Assembly: GCA_038087875.1 (NCBI GenBank)
Contig: CM075988.1
Span: 15,564,001 to 15,628,000 of the forward strand
Length of the DNA: 64,000 nt
DNA from: Malacoraja senta
Taxonomy: Eukaryota
Direction of reading: 5' to 3'
The position numbers were made by a program, and so were the translations under genes. The notes under the pieces were generated by a model. That model did not search any database. It saw only the letters and a program-made list of their open reading frames with translations, and had not been told where the DNA came from. This document shows, piece by piece, positions 25,458 to 38,285 of the stretch; the first letter of the stretch is position 1; every line of letters begins with the position of its first letter.

Positions 25458-26406
25458 GTGAGTGTTGGTAGTTGTGTCAGATGCAGCAAAGCTAGAAATG
25501 AGAGAATTAGTAAATGTTTCACAAGTACATTGACTGAGAGATTAAAGTGTGGCTTTCTCTATCTGTTTGAGGCCAAACTGGGATGAGACTGATGTTTGAA
25601 ATAAAGGAAGGTAGACAAAAAATGCTGGAGAAACTCAGCGGGTGAGGCAGCGTCTATGGAGAAAAGGAGTAGGTGACGTTTCAGGTCCAGACACTTCTTC
25701 AGACTGAAATAAAGGAAGTTGCTTGGTGGGGATGGCAGAACAGACTCTCAACAAACTGAAATCTATTCCTGCAACTAAGCGTGATCACTGTATAGAGCTG
25801 TGAGCACATGCAGGTATAGACTCAGACTTTGTAGCAGCACTGCATCAGGCCAGATGCAGCTACAATTAAATATAGAAATGGGAAATGCAGACATAAATAT
25901 AAATGCATGTGCAGGAAGTGTCAGACTACAGATAACGCTAGAGTATACTGTAGTCGAAAACAAAGTTTTGTGCAGTGTATATTACTGCTCCCAGTCACTG
26001 ATGCCCAATTTCTACTCAACATTTGATCTTCATTATAATCTTGATTTTCTTTGAAGTTGGCCACTTGCTCAACTCTAGGACCATTGTATATTTGTACCAT
26101 TAACCATCCCTTTTCCGAAAAAACAGATTATTTGGCAACTCTTTAAACAGCGGAGTTTAAGCAAGCAGTATAATTGTTCTGTTAGAATTATTTAATCCAT
26201 AGCATAAAAGGAGATCTCTATTTATTTGAAATCAATGCCTTATTTTACTACCCAAAATGAAACAGTAGGAGAACAGAATGAATGAAAGACATTAGATGAA
26301 TCTAATCATGTGTTACCAAGGAAGACCTGGAAATAATTCCAAAAGGCTTTCTGATCCAAATGTACTTTCCTAACAAGTTTAAGAAACAATTGTCTCTCTT
26401 TTCCAG

Positions 26407-27316
26407 TCACCTTATCGAGGACAATCTGCAGAGCGTCAATGACTATGCTGAGGATCTCCGACAGAAGTTGACTCCCTTCACAGATGGTCTCCATGAGCAG
26501 GTGACAGTAGACATTGAGAGCCTTCGCCAGCAGATAAGAGAACAGCTGGAAGACCTGAAGGAGAAACTTTCTCCCTTTGCGGAAGGAGTCCATCAGAGAA
26601 TCAGCAGGAACATTGAAGAATTTCATCAGAGGTTGACACCTTACACTGAAGAACTTAGCCAACAGCTGAAGAAGAATGCAGAGGAACTTAGGCAGAGGTT
26701 GACTCCCTTCACTGAAGAGCTTCAGGCCAAACTGGAAGTGAGCGCAGAGAACCTGAGGGAAGTCCTGACTCCCTACGCTGAAGAGCTCCAGATGAAGATC
26801 GATGAAAATATGGACAACATCAAGCAGAATGTGGCTGCCAAAGCTGAAGAATTTCGCTCCAGGTTTGATGAGAATGTCCAGGAGCTGCGCAGTAGCTTGG
26901 CTCCCTACACCGAAGATGTCCAACTGAAAATGAACGAACAGATTGCAGAAATGACCCGGAGGGTGGTGCCTTATGCCGAGATGCTCCAGACAAAGGTCAA
27001 CGAGCATGTGGAAGATCTGAACCAAAGGCTGAGCCCTTACATCGCCGAACTGAAAGTAAAACTTAATGAGAACGTGGGAAGCATGGACCAGAACCTGGCC
27101 CCATACATCGAAAATTTCAACACCAACATCAACCAGAGAATCGAGGAGTTCCATCAGAATGTGGCCCCCTACACTGAGCAGCTGAACAAGATCATCAGTC
27201 AGAATGTGAGGGAGATGCAAGAGAGACTTGCCCTGAATGGAGGCAACGTTCAGCAGGATCTTCAGAACAAGCTCACAACTGTATGGGACGACCTCTGGCA
27301 GAATCTGAAGAACTAA
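26407..27316 (+). CDS. APOA4: Apolipoprotein A-IV-like copy 1, exon 4 (spliced protein 356 aa)
   Basis: Pro-punctuated 22-mer amphipathic repeats (LTPY/LAPY/LSPF); KKNAEELRQRL and VQELRSSLAPY resemble APOA4. Confidence 0.9.
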
Positions 27317-28987
27317 TTGAGAAGTAGAAAGTGACTCAGTTGATCCATGTGTCAGAATAATGGGGTCCTCATTATCTCAAATTATAATATGCTAAATATA
27401 TTTATTTTTTTCAGAGAGGAAAATATAAAAATCAGTGACTGCATTTCTAGAGTTTAATCTGTAAAATATCTGCATTAAAACTTTGAAATGAATTTAATGA
27501 CTAATATGTTTCCTTGCTTTTACTATGTGTTACCAAATAGCTATCTGTAGAATCAATAAAAGAATACAGCACAGATCAAAGCCATTCATCCAGTCAAGTC
27601 TGCACATATCTTTTGGAGTGCACCGCAGTGCATACTATTTTCCCACACAATTCCTCATTTCACTGCAAATATCTCCTTCAAACATTTGTACAATATTATT
27701 TTGAAGGTTTTCATTGAAACCGTATACATCCTCTTCTGTAGAGCATTTGCTGAACACTTGTTTTGAAGTCCTTCATAATGTTTATTGCCCATAATTCAGC
27801 CCAATAATTCAACTATGTCCCAATCGGGAGTCTAATTTATCCTCATTGCTATCTTCTTTATTGTTCCGCTAATAAAGCAAGGAATCCCTTCATGTTTGCA
27901 GCAGCCAACTGAATCTGCCAATTTTTATATTTGGTGCAAAACCCACACAAATGTATTCACCTCATCTATGCCCCTTACCATTTTATAAACATCTATAAGT
28001 CAAGATCATCCCTCAGCCTCCCATAGTCCAGAGAAAAATCCCCCAGCTTATGTAGCTGCAATTTATAGCTCAAACCATCCAGACAGGCTAATGTCTTCAC
28101 TAAAGATAGACACAAAAAGCTGGAGTAACACAATGGGTCAAGCAGCATCCCCAGAGAAAAAGGTGACATTTTCGGGTCGAGAACCTTCTTCAGAGCGAGA
28201 GTCAGGGGAAAGGGAAATGGGAGATGTAGATGGTGGTATAGAGAGATATAGAACAAATTAATTAAAGATATGTAAAAAAGTAATGATGATCAAGGAAAGG
28301 TGGAGCGCACAAAGGTCCATTGTTGGCTGTGGGCTGGGTGATAACGAGTTATACAGACAATGAAACCCAACAGGACAACAGGGAAACTAATACAACGACA
28401 AGTGTGGGGGAGAGAGAGGGGATGCAAGGATTACGTCTTCGCTAATCTGTTTTGCACCCTTTCCATTTTAACGACATCCTTTGTGTTAAGTATCATATGC
28501 CATTTCACCAGCAGATCTATACCTTCATGATTTCTGTTACAATGTTCCTCATTATTTACAACTGCGTTTCTGACAAACAGATTTACTGGAGATATATCTG
28601 GGGAATAGAAAGTCGCATATCCCTTTGTTCATATGCACATGTCTGCTGAACATGCACATTGTTTCCACACCACTTCAGAACTGTGCTTGAGTATCTGATA
28701 TTATACACCATGTATGCTATGGTGGTGTCTATAGATTGGTTCATGCTCTGACGTCAACTCCCTCTTTCATATCAGCTTTTTATTATCCTCCTGCTGGATG
28801 CCTGAAGATCATTAAGATCAAAACATGGAGAGTGGGGGACATAAATCTTTAGTCAGGGAGGAGATAATGAGGCCGGGCTTCTAGGAGGGATTGAAGAGAT
28901 CAGGGAGTGAGAATGGATGTAATTGGTGGGGACAGAGAGTTTGAAGATGGAGATGTCAGGTGAAGCAGAAGATAGGGACACCGTGTG

Positions 28988-29496
28988 CGGACGTGGCGTC
29001 GAAGGACGAGAAGCCGAAGCAAAGAAGTCAAAGCCAAATAGCCGAATGGAAACGAAGCCAAAACGCGAAATAACTGAAAGCATACGAAGCCCAAACGCCA
29101 ACCAACCGAAAGGCTGCGTCGCCTACAAGCAAACTCACCGAATGGCCGCTCTGCCGAAACGCCACCTAACCGAAAGGCTGCGTCGCCTACAAGCCAACTA
29201 ACCGAATGCCGCCCTGCCGAAAAGTCAAATAACAGACATGACGTCGCCGGGGGGCGGGACTTGTCAGCGATTGTGCCAGACCCCCGCATCCATCTCATCA
29301 CTGGCCAGTGGAGACGGGAGGGTGGGGTCATTTTCCCACACAAGGCATTATTTGACTTTTCGGCAGGGCGGCATTCGGTTAGTTGGCTTGTAGGCGACGC
29401 AGCCTTTCGGTTAGGTGGCGTTTCGGCATCGTTTCCATTTGGCTATTTGGCTTCGACTTCTTTGCTTCGGCTTCTCGTCCTTCGACGCCACGTCCG
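28988..29496. mobile_element. Foldback/MITE-like palindromic element with CCGAA-rich internally repeated arms
   Basis: Left arm 28988-29232 and right arm 29349-29496 are near-perfect inverted repeats; termini cggacgtggcgtcgaagg / ccttcgacgccacgtccg. Confidence 0.8.
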
Positions 29497-29499
29497 GGT

Positions 29500-30590
29500 A
29501 CCAGGAACAGGTCAACATCATCAGCCATCACACCGGTTCTGCACTCTGTTCTGGACCATCTGGTTAACAGCAACACAAACATCAGGCTGCTGTTCATCAA
29601 TTACAATGGTGTTTAACACTCCAGTCTCATCAACAAGCTCCAAGACCTGGGCCTCCACCTCCCTTTGCAAATGGATCCCTACCTTGCTCAAGCAAGACCT
29701 CGTTGGCAGACCTCAGTTCACCCACACCCAATACTGTGTGGCTAAGAACAACTATAACGCCATTTATAAATTTGCGAATGACACCACTGTTGTTGGCTGA
29801 ATCACCAGAGGTGATGAATCAGCACACAGGAGAAAGATGGAACCTTTAATTGAGTGGTGCTGTAACAGCAACCTCTCGCTCAATATAAAAAAAAACAAGG
29901 AACTAAATGTTGACTACAGAAACGGGTTGACTACAGAAGACAAGACCATGTGGTGGTTAACATTGGTAGGTTGGTGGTGGAAAGAGGTAGCAGCTTCAGA
30001 TTCTTGGCCATTAGGATCTTGGATAACCCATCCAGGGCCCACCGCATAGATGTAATCATGAAGAAACATAGAAACATAGAAACATAGAAAATAGATGCAG
30101 GAGGAGGCCATTCGGCCCTTCAAGCCAGCACCGCCATTCATTGTGATCATGGCTGATCGTTCCCTATCAATAACCCGTGCCTGCCTTCTCCCCATATCCC
30201 TTGACTCACACCAAGAAGGCACACCATTGCCTCTATTTTCTTAATATTATGCTGATTAATTTAACAAACTTATACTGATGCACTGTAGAAGGTATCCTGA
30301 CTGGATGTATCATGGCCTGGAATGGTAATTCCATCACACATAAATATGAGGGTGCAGAGAGTGGTGGACTCAGCCTATTCCATTGCAGACACAGTCCTCT
30401 TTAACATCGAAAGCATCTACATAAGGCTTTGCCTCAAGAATGCAGCATCCATAGTCAAGGATCTTCACCATCCATGTCATGCCCTCTTCTTGCTGCCACT
30501 AATTGATGGAAATTACAGAAACATGAAGTCCCACACTGTGTGGCTCAGCAACAGCTACTTCCCTACAACGATTAGGTTCTTGAACTGACC
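29500..30590 (+). mobile_element. Degraded Rex1/Babar-like RT fragment with a nested CR1 tail (~30064-30210)
   Basis: Remnants RSTSSAI, LFINYNGV, YCVAKNNYNAIYKFANDTTVVG, WC..NL.LN.KK.KEL.VDYR. Confidence 0.6.
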
Positions 30591-31059
30591 TGCACAACCC
30601 TAATCCTACCTTGTTTTCTAATGGTGCATTCTTACACTAATGTACTGTTTTATGTACAGTCATTTCCTTTTCATGATCTTGTTGAATTTGTGTGTAATAA
30701 AATTAAGAAACATTAAGGCAGGTACATGTATAGGACAGGTTTAGAGGGATATGGGCCAAATGCAGGCATGTGGGACTAGTGTAGATGGGACATGTGGCCG
30801 GTGTGGGCAGGTTGGGCCAAGGGGCCTGTTTCCACACTGTAAGACTCTATGATTCCAATTGATATGTAATTTACATTTTGAGTTTATGTGCCCGTGATGC
30901 TGCTGCAAGCAGATTTTCATTGTACCTGGACCTCACTGCACTTGTGCAAATGTCAATAACTCAACTTGACTTGGGGAGATCAGCAGAATGAGTTCCTGCC
31001 CAGAATGCAGCATTGATTCAAAGTGGTGTTCAACTCTGAACACCAGTTGCCGCCTTACT

Positions 31060-31322
31060 GTGCTTGCTGTGCCAGAGACCCGGGATCGATCTCAACTGAG
31101 GGGGGGCTGTCTGTACGGAGTTTGCACGTTCTCCCCGTGACCGCGTGGGTTTTCTCCGAGATCTTCGGTTTACTCCCACACTCCAAAGATGTACAGGTTT
31201 GTAGGTTAATTGGCTTGGTATAAGTGTAAGATGTGTTAATGTGTCGGGATCGCTGGTCGGCGTGGACTCGGTGGGCCGAAAGGCCTGCTTCCATGCTGTA
31301 TCTCTAAAACTAAAACTAAACT
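31060..31322 (+). mobile_element. V-SINE (HE1-like) tRNA-derived SINE
   Basis: B-box-like ggatcgatc, V-domain ggagtttgcacgttctccccgtg and (AAACT)n tail; related copies at ~32817-33395 and 35658-35965 recur in the amplicon units. Confidence 0.7.
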
Positions 31323-34300
31323 AATTCAGAGAACTGAATGATTCTCAGGCAGGTGAACCCAGAGCCAAGTCCACCGCACTATTAATGACTCAGCCCCGTG
31401 AGTCAAGGTAAAAGGGCAGTGACAAATAATTCAATTATTAGAAGATCAGATTGACATTTCTGTAGTCATAAATAATCACAGGATGATGTGTTACCTCTCT
31501 GCTCCTTATATCCCATCAGTTTAACGATACATGATATATCCCATCTATCATTGTGTCATCAGCAAATTTAACACCATACCTTTATGCAGGTCATTTATGC
31601 AGCACCAATCCCTGTGACACACTAACCATTTTATCTTCCCAATCAGAAAAGGACCATTTTTGCTGACTTGCTCAGCTATCTGTGAACGAGCCAGACTTCA
31701 ATCAAGTACGTTACCAACTCTACTATCAGCCTTTATTTTCCACAACAATATTTGATGTGGCACCTTATCACTTCATCAACTTTGCAGACTTGCGCAATGT
31801 GTCCCATTTTGTTGCATTTGAAGCATTGAGCTTAACCTGAATGTACATTTGTCCTGAACAGATGTCTTGACAACAATAATGTGGTTTCCTGGCTTTTGCA
31901 TAACCTTGTCCCGATGGAGAAGATGTTTCCTCTGCCCCGCAGATTGGCTTAGATACACCACATACATTCATATTTACACCTTGCACAGAACACAACTCCC
32001 TTCGGTTCTTTTATGCCTTTTTCATAGCAATAATAATCCAATGCACTATATTAAATGTGACATCTAGTGTAGTAAAAACCTTGGTTGAATGTGCTCATGT
32101 GTAAGTCTACAAATGCTAAATCTCAGAGGATCCCACAGTTACAGACATGTGCAGATTCTTCCATTCAATGATCTAGTCCTCAATTGCATCTCTTGGCTTT
32201 TGACTCCAGGTACCAGATTTACAACTTTAGACAATTATTGTGGGCACTGGTTTAAAATAGTAATCTAATATTTGACGGCTTCAGTGAGAAGGATGTGAAA
32301 TACCCTATGACGTATCATCTCTTGGATTTAGAATCCAAGTACCAGCTTTATAGCTTTAGACAATTATTTGGGGCACTGTATTAAAGTGGACACCTAATAT
32401 TTGACTGCCTCAGTGAGGATGTCAAATACCCTATGAGATATCAAAAGACTAAGTATCAATGTAGAGGTGTTCAAATCTATTTCTGCTAAAAGAATAGTTC
32501 TCCTGGAGAGTAAATGTACTTATTCTGCTTGCTGTCCCCTCCTCCCAATACTTTATTATATTGTTAACTGAGAAAAGCTATCACCATCTGCTTCAAATAT
32601 GTATTAAACACTTCCTGTGCGTTATCATAGTTTAATGTTCTAATATATACAGCCTGCCATTCTCCTCTAGCACCTTTTGTAGTAACGATTCCCCGCTCAC
32701 TTACTCTGTACTCAGTGCAATAGTTTCTGGATTTCCCAAACTCATTCAGTCTCACTTGCTGTAGCCTTGCCTTAACCCAAATATGTGTGAGCCACCTGAC
32801 ATTGTACTAGCAGCCAGTGGCACAATTAGCAGAGCTACTAGCAGAGCTACTGCCTTACCTGTATGCGGCAAGGGCCACATGGGTATGTGTAAAGTTTGCA
32901 CGTTCTCCCTGTGACCGCATGAGATACCTCCAGGTGCTCCAATTTCCTCCCTATCCCAAAAAGATGCAGGTTGGTAGGTTATTTGTCTACTGCAAGTTAC
33001 TTCTTGTGTGTAGGTGAGTGGTAGAAACTGGGGAAGGTTGATGAGAAAATGGGTGAATTAAAAACATGAGATTAGGTAGGATTAGCGTACATTGATGAGC
33101 TTTTTAGTTTACTTTAGAGATACAGCGTGGAAACAGCCCCGACGACCCACTGTCCACACCGACCAGCGATTCCCGCACATTAACACTACCTTACACACAC
33201 TGGGGACAATTTTACATTTATACATTTATACCAAGCCATTTAAACTATAAACCTGTATGTCTTTGGAATGTAGGTGGAAACCAAAAGGTCTCGGAGAAAA
33301 CCCACACAGGTCACGGGGAGGTCGTACAAACTCCGTACCCGAACCCGGGTTTCTGGCATTGTAAGGCAGTACCTCTTCCGCTACGCCACCGTGCTGCCAT
33401 CTGCAAGGATTCAGAGGGCTAAAGGGCTAGTTTCTGTGCTATCTGTCTCTGTGACTCTATGATAAAGAAGAGGCTTCCAGTGATGATTTACCCTTGCACA
33501 GCTATTTCTACATATGCTACAAATGCTATGACCAAAAACACTGTGTCCTTAAGAATAAGGAATTGGCTTATGTGAACATACTCCTCTGGATAGTTTTGAT
33601 GGTCTTAGCAAATTTTCGACAGCTCAAATGAGGTAAAATAGAATCCTTCCTATTAGGAGGGGGATTGTTAGGCTCATCATGTGTAGGAAGGAACTGCAGA
33701 TGCTGGTTTATGCAGAAGATAGACACAAAATGCTGGAGTAACTCAGTGGGTCAGACAGCATCTCTGGAGAAAACGAATAGTGACCTTTCGAGTCAGAACC
33801 CTCTTCGGACTCATCATGTTTGTTTAAAGGAATTAATTCCTACATCCATATTCTTTCCCCAGGTCAATTTGTTTCCTCTCAACCAATTTATGTAGGGAAT
33901 TTATGTCTACTTCCACCCTCTCTCAGGGTACATTCCAGATCATGGCTACTCATTGTGTAATGATCCCCACATCTCCCCTCTGCTTCCTTTGCCGACTACC
34001 TCAAATCCTCTGGGTGCTGTGTGGGAAGGAAATGCAGATGCTGGTTTAGACCGAAGATAAACACAAAATGCTGGGGTAACTCAGTGGGACAGGCAGCATC
34101 TCTGGAGAGAAGGAATGGGTGATGTTTCAGGTCGATTTACTCCAGCATTTTGTGTCTGCCATTGGGTACTGCCTTCTTGCCAATGGAAACGTTTCCATTA
34201 AGAACACTTCGTAGTAAGTCCATAGAACAATCAAAATCTTATAGATGTTAAAATTGAAGCTGTACAATAACTGTATTGTTTCATATGCCGTTGGTTATCT

Positions 34301-34451
34301 TTTTGTACATTTGCTTCTAACATATTTATTTAAAAAAATAATAATAATTTAAAAAAAATTATAGATGCAATAAATCATGGCCTTTGGACTGAGTTGAAAC
34401 TTGAATGGATTTTGCGCTCTCGTGATTGAGTTGGAGTCATATTTAAGGCAG

Positions 34452-34626
34452 CAGTTCAGAGTGACAGTGTTGTTGGAAGCTCCACGTTCTCTTGGCATTC
34501 AGGGAAAGTCCATGAGTCGAACACAAGTGTGACAGTTTGTTATCAGCCATTGATAAGGTGCCCTTATATAGAGTGAGCGCGAGTTGGCTGACACACAGAG
34601 CTTCAGGAGGAGCATATCTGAGACAG
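34452..34626 (+). promoter_or_regulatory. Promoter and non-coding exon 1 of copy 2 (equivalent TATA boxes at 42708, 50856, 63204)
   Basis: agggaaagtcca at 34501, GATA pair at 34540/34551, TATATAG at 34565, donor CAG|GTAAG at 34626. Confidence 0.7.
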
Positions 34627-35262
34627 GTAAGAGGAGCCCTGAGGCTCACATTGCTCCAACCCAGGCAGCCTGCTTGCTTATCCTTCCAGCGACTATCTCT
34701 GTGGACCGCTGAGTGTTGAGGCAACTGGTCAAGGCAAAGCCGTGGGATTAAGAGTGTGGTTTTCTATTTTCAGTAATGTTACAGGCTATAATTGCAGCTT
34801 GGCAGGCTGCATTCAGGGAAGATATTTTCCCAGGCTGAAATCTTTAGGATCGGTGGTAGAGTTTCAGAATGAGGGCTGGGACATTTAGGACTGAGATAAG
34901 AAAGGATTTTGTCACTTAAAAGTTGGTCTTTGGAATTCTTTACCTTGGAGCACTGTGGAAGCTCAGTCATTGAGTTCATTCAAAATAGGGATGGATAGAT
35001 TTCTGGATGTTCAAAGTTTCGGGCGATATGAGGATAGTAAAATGATGCCTAGAAGGTGAGCCTTAATCTTAATGGCAGGGCATGCTCCAAGGGCGGGGCG
35101 GTCCACTCCTGCTCTGTTTTCTTGTGTTCTTTTTAATGGAGTTCGGAAGGAGACAATTATGCACACCGTGTTTTCAATGAGAATTTAAACCCTGGACTAA
35201 CTGATCTTTATTTTTATGTAGGTTTTCTGCAAAAGTAGAGCAAACAGTTGGAGAACTCCGCT

Positions 35263-35311
35263 ATGTTTCCCAAAGCAATCCTCCTGCTTCTTGCTGCAGT
35301 CTTCGTCCAAG
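35263..35311 (+). CDS. APOA4: Apolipoprotein A-IV-like copy 2, signal-peptide exon
   Basis: MFPKAILLLLAAVFVQ(D), like APOA4 MFLKAVVL; 49 nt. Confidence 0.88.
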
Positions 35312-36038
35312 GTATCAGCTTCAAATATTCCTCATTCCCTCTTTTCTTGCACTTAGACTGTGATTGGGATTTTGTTATCTTCAAGCATTCTTTCTTGAAG
35401 AAGTTCAGATCAGAATTATTTCTTCAAGAATTAAGTTCAGATCAGACTTTTGGAGCCCCATGCATTGTCCTTTCTTCCACACATTAGTTTGCTGGGTGAA
35501 GCTTGCTTCCTCTCCATTCTGATTTTGTGTTAAGCCCAGTTTCCATATATTTAAAGACAAGGGATTTTACCCTTGAATCACGCAGCAGTATTTCCAGTAA
35601 AGAACACTGGTTCTCACCAGGGTCTGGTGAAGTCTTGTAGCCCATCTGTCGTGTAATTTTAGTTTAGGTTAGTTTAGTGATGGGAACAGGGCCTTCGGCC
35701 CACTGAGTCCGCGCCGACCAGCAATCCCCGCACACTAACACTATCCTATACAAAGTAGGGACAATTTACAATTATACCAAGCCAGTTAAACTACAAACCT
35801 GTATATCTTTGGCATGTGGGAGAAAACCTGAGCACCTGAAGAAAGCCCATGCAGGTCATGGGGAGAACATACAAACTCCATGCAGACAGCACCCGTAGTC
35901 AGGATCGAATCCGGGCCTCTGGAGTTATAAGGCTACAGCTCTACCACTACCCCACCGTGCCGCACATATGAGGAGTGGATGCAGGGAAAGTTCCTCTCGT
36001 GTTCCCGTTCTGATTATCTCATTCTTTCTTTCTCACAG

Positions 36039-36165
36039 ACTGTCGGGCTGAGTACAATAGATCTCAGGTTCGTGAATCCTTCTGGAATTACATCAACCAA
36101 TTGGCCGAGGAAGCCAGGGATAGTATAGAACTGATTCAAAGCTCAGAAGTCAGCCAGCAACTCAA
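36039..36165 (+). CDS. APOA4: Apolipoprotein A-IV-like copy 2, exon 3
   Basis: CRAEYNRSQVRESFWNYINQLAEEARDSIELIQSSEVSQQL(N); 127 nt. Confidence 0.9.
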
Positions 36166-37375
36166 GTGAGTATTGGGGATTTGTTAGGGGCAATTGGAAA
36201 AGTTCAACCTCTTTACCCCAGGAAGAATTAAAGAGCCAGGAAAAAATTGTAAACAGTAACTTTGTAACATTGTGAGAAGTTCTTTCTATTTTCCAGATTA
36301 TGAACCTCACCAACATTATTGTCCATCCCTAATTGTTGATAGGCTAAATTAAGAAGTCCGTGAGATCTCAACTATGGACCAACAAGGACATTAGTGAAGC
36401 AGCTGGGTCTTTATGACAATCCACTCACCAGTAACAACACTTATATTTTTAATACCAAATTTACTTAACCACTAAAATTTAAATGCTTTTCAGTGCGAAA
36501 TGAATTCAGAAGCTCAGTCTTCATGGATTTGTTAGACCAGCAGCCTAACAACTGTGCCATATTATTAAGCAATGTTAATGAAGGGGTTTGTTAATGAACA
36601 GGAATGAGATTAAAGAATAAAAGAAGGGGCGTATCCCATTGGGGATGGTAGAACAGATAAGAAGGGTCTTGTCCCAAAACCTCACCCATTCCTTCTATCC
36701 AGAGACGCTGCCTGTCCCGCTGAGTTACTTCAGCATTTTGTGTCTATCTCAGGTAAACAAAACCTGCTTCTACAAAATAACTGATCAATCTCTATCTCTG
36801 TGGGTGGAGAGTGCAGGTACAAATAGGGGAATGAAATGAATAGGTTCAGCTGGAAATATTAATACAGATACAGTTATAAGAATGGCATTTGTGAATGCAG
36901 GCACTGGCACAGGTTAATTCATTTACTTTGAATTGCTAGTTTAGTTTCTAAACCCTAAGAGTATATAACCTTTGCAGTGTTAATCATCCCCTCAGTAATC
37001 TCTCTAAAACGTTATTACCTTACTACTTGTAGAGATTTACCAATCAATGTGAATGCCTTTCCACAATCAGATAACATAAAGCACAGAAGACCATTCAACT
37101 CATTGTGCTTGACTACACTCTTTATTATCCTCTCAAATTGTACCAATTCCGAAAGGACAGAATAAATGAAAGACTTTGGGAGAATCCTAACCTCTCTTCC
37201 CAATAAACATGCTGAGTTAACCTGAAAAGATTTCCTGATCCAAATGTCCTTTCGTTCCCTGAGCTCTGCTTCCCTCTGTAAAACATCTGTTTCAGTCACA
37301 GACTTACGCTGAGCTCTGTCTTAATGTATCTCTTCTCTGTAAAAAGTTTAACAAACAATTGTCTCTCTTTTGCAG

Positions 37376-38285
37376 TCATCTTATCGATGAGAATCTGCAG
37401 AACGTCAATAACTATGCTGAGGATCTCCGACAGAAGTTGACTCCTTTAACAGATGGTCTTCGTGAGAAGATGACAGTAGACATTGACAGCCTTCACCAGC
37501 AGATAAAAGAACAGCTGGAAGACCTGAAAGACAAACTTTCTCCCTTTGCTGATGGAGTCCATCAGAAGATTAGCAATAACATTGAAAAATTTCATCAGAG
37601 GTTGGCACCTTACACTGAAGAACTTAGCCAACAGCTGAAGAAGAATGCGGAGGAACTTAGGCAGAGGTTGACTCCCTTCACTGAAGAGCTTCAGGCCAAA
37701 CTGGAAGTGAGCGCAGAGAACCTGAGGGAAGTCCTGACTCCCTACGCTGAAGAGCTCCAGATGAAGATCGATGCAAATATGGACAACATCAAGCAGAATG
37801 TGGCTGCCAAAGCTGAAGAATTTCGCTCCAGGTTTGATGAGAATGTCCAGGAGCTGCGCAGTAGCTTGGCTCCCTACACCGAAGATGTCCAGCTGAAGAT
37901 GAACCAACAGATTGCAGAAATGACCCGGAGGGTGGTGCCTTATGCCGAGACGCTCCAGACTAAGGTCAACGAGCACGTGGAAGATCTGAACCAAAAGCTG
38001 AACCCTTACATCGCCGAACTGAAAGTAAAACTTAACGAGACCGTGGGAAGCATGGACCAGAACCTGGCCCCATACATCGAAAATTTCAACACCAACATCA
38101 ACCAGAGAATCGAGGAGTTCCATCAGAATGTGGCCCCCTACACTGAGCAGCTGAACAAGATCATCAGTCAGAATGTGAGGGAGATGCAAGAGGGACTTGC
38201 CCTGAATGGAAGCAACGTTCAGCAGGATCTTCAGAACAAGCTCACAACTGTATGGGACGACTTCTGGCAGAATCTGAAGAACTAA
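37376..38285 (+). CDS. APOA4: Apolipoprotein A-IV-like copy 2, exon 4 (protein 361 aa; AATAAA at ~38459)
   Basis: 910-nt exon of 22-mer amphipathic repeats after a ttttgcag acceptor. Confidence 0.92.

Noticed and set aside
26306..27220. Long antisense ORFs (304-324 aa) opposite each apo exon 4
   Set aside because: Shadow frames caused by the codon bias of Glu/Gln/Leu-rich repeats; no independent start, splice or motif evidence
32205..32445. ~130-bp diverged tandem duplication present in every amplicon unit
   Set aside because: Old local duplication with no coding or structural signal
34443..34724. Short ORFs recurring identically in each unit
   Set aside because: Recurrence reflects the recent duplication, not coding conservation; they overlap promoter, intron or SINE sequence
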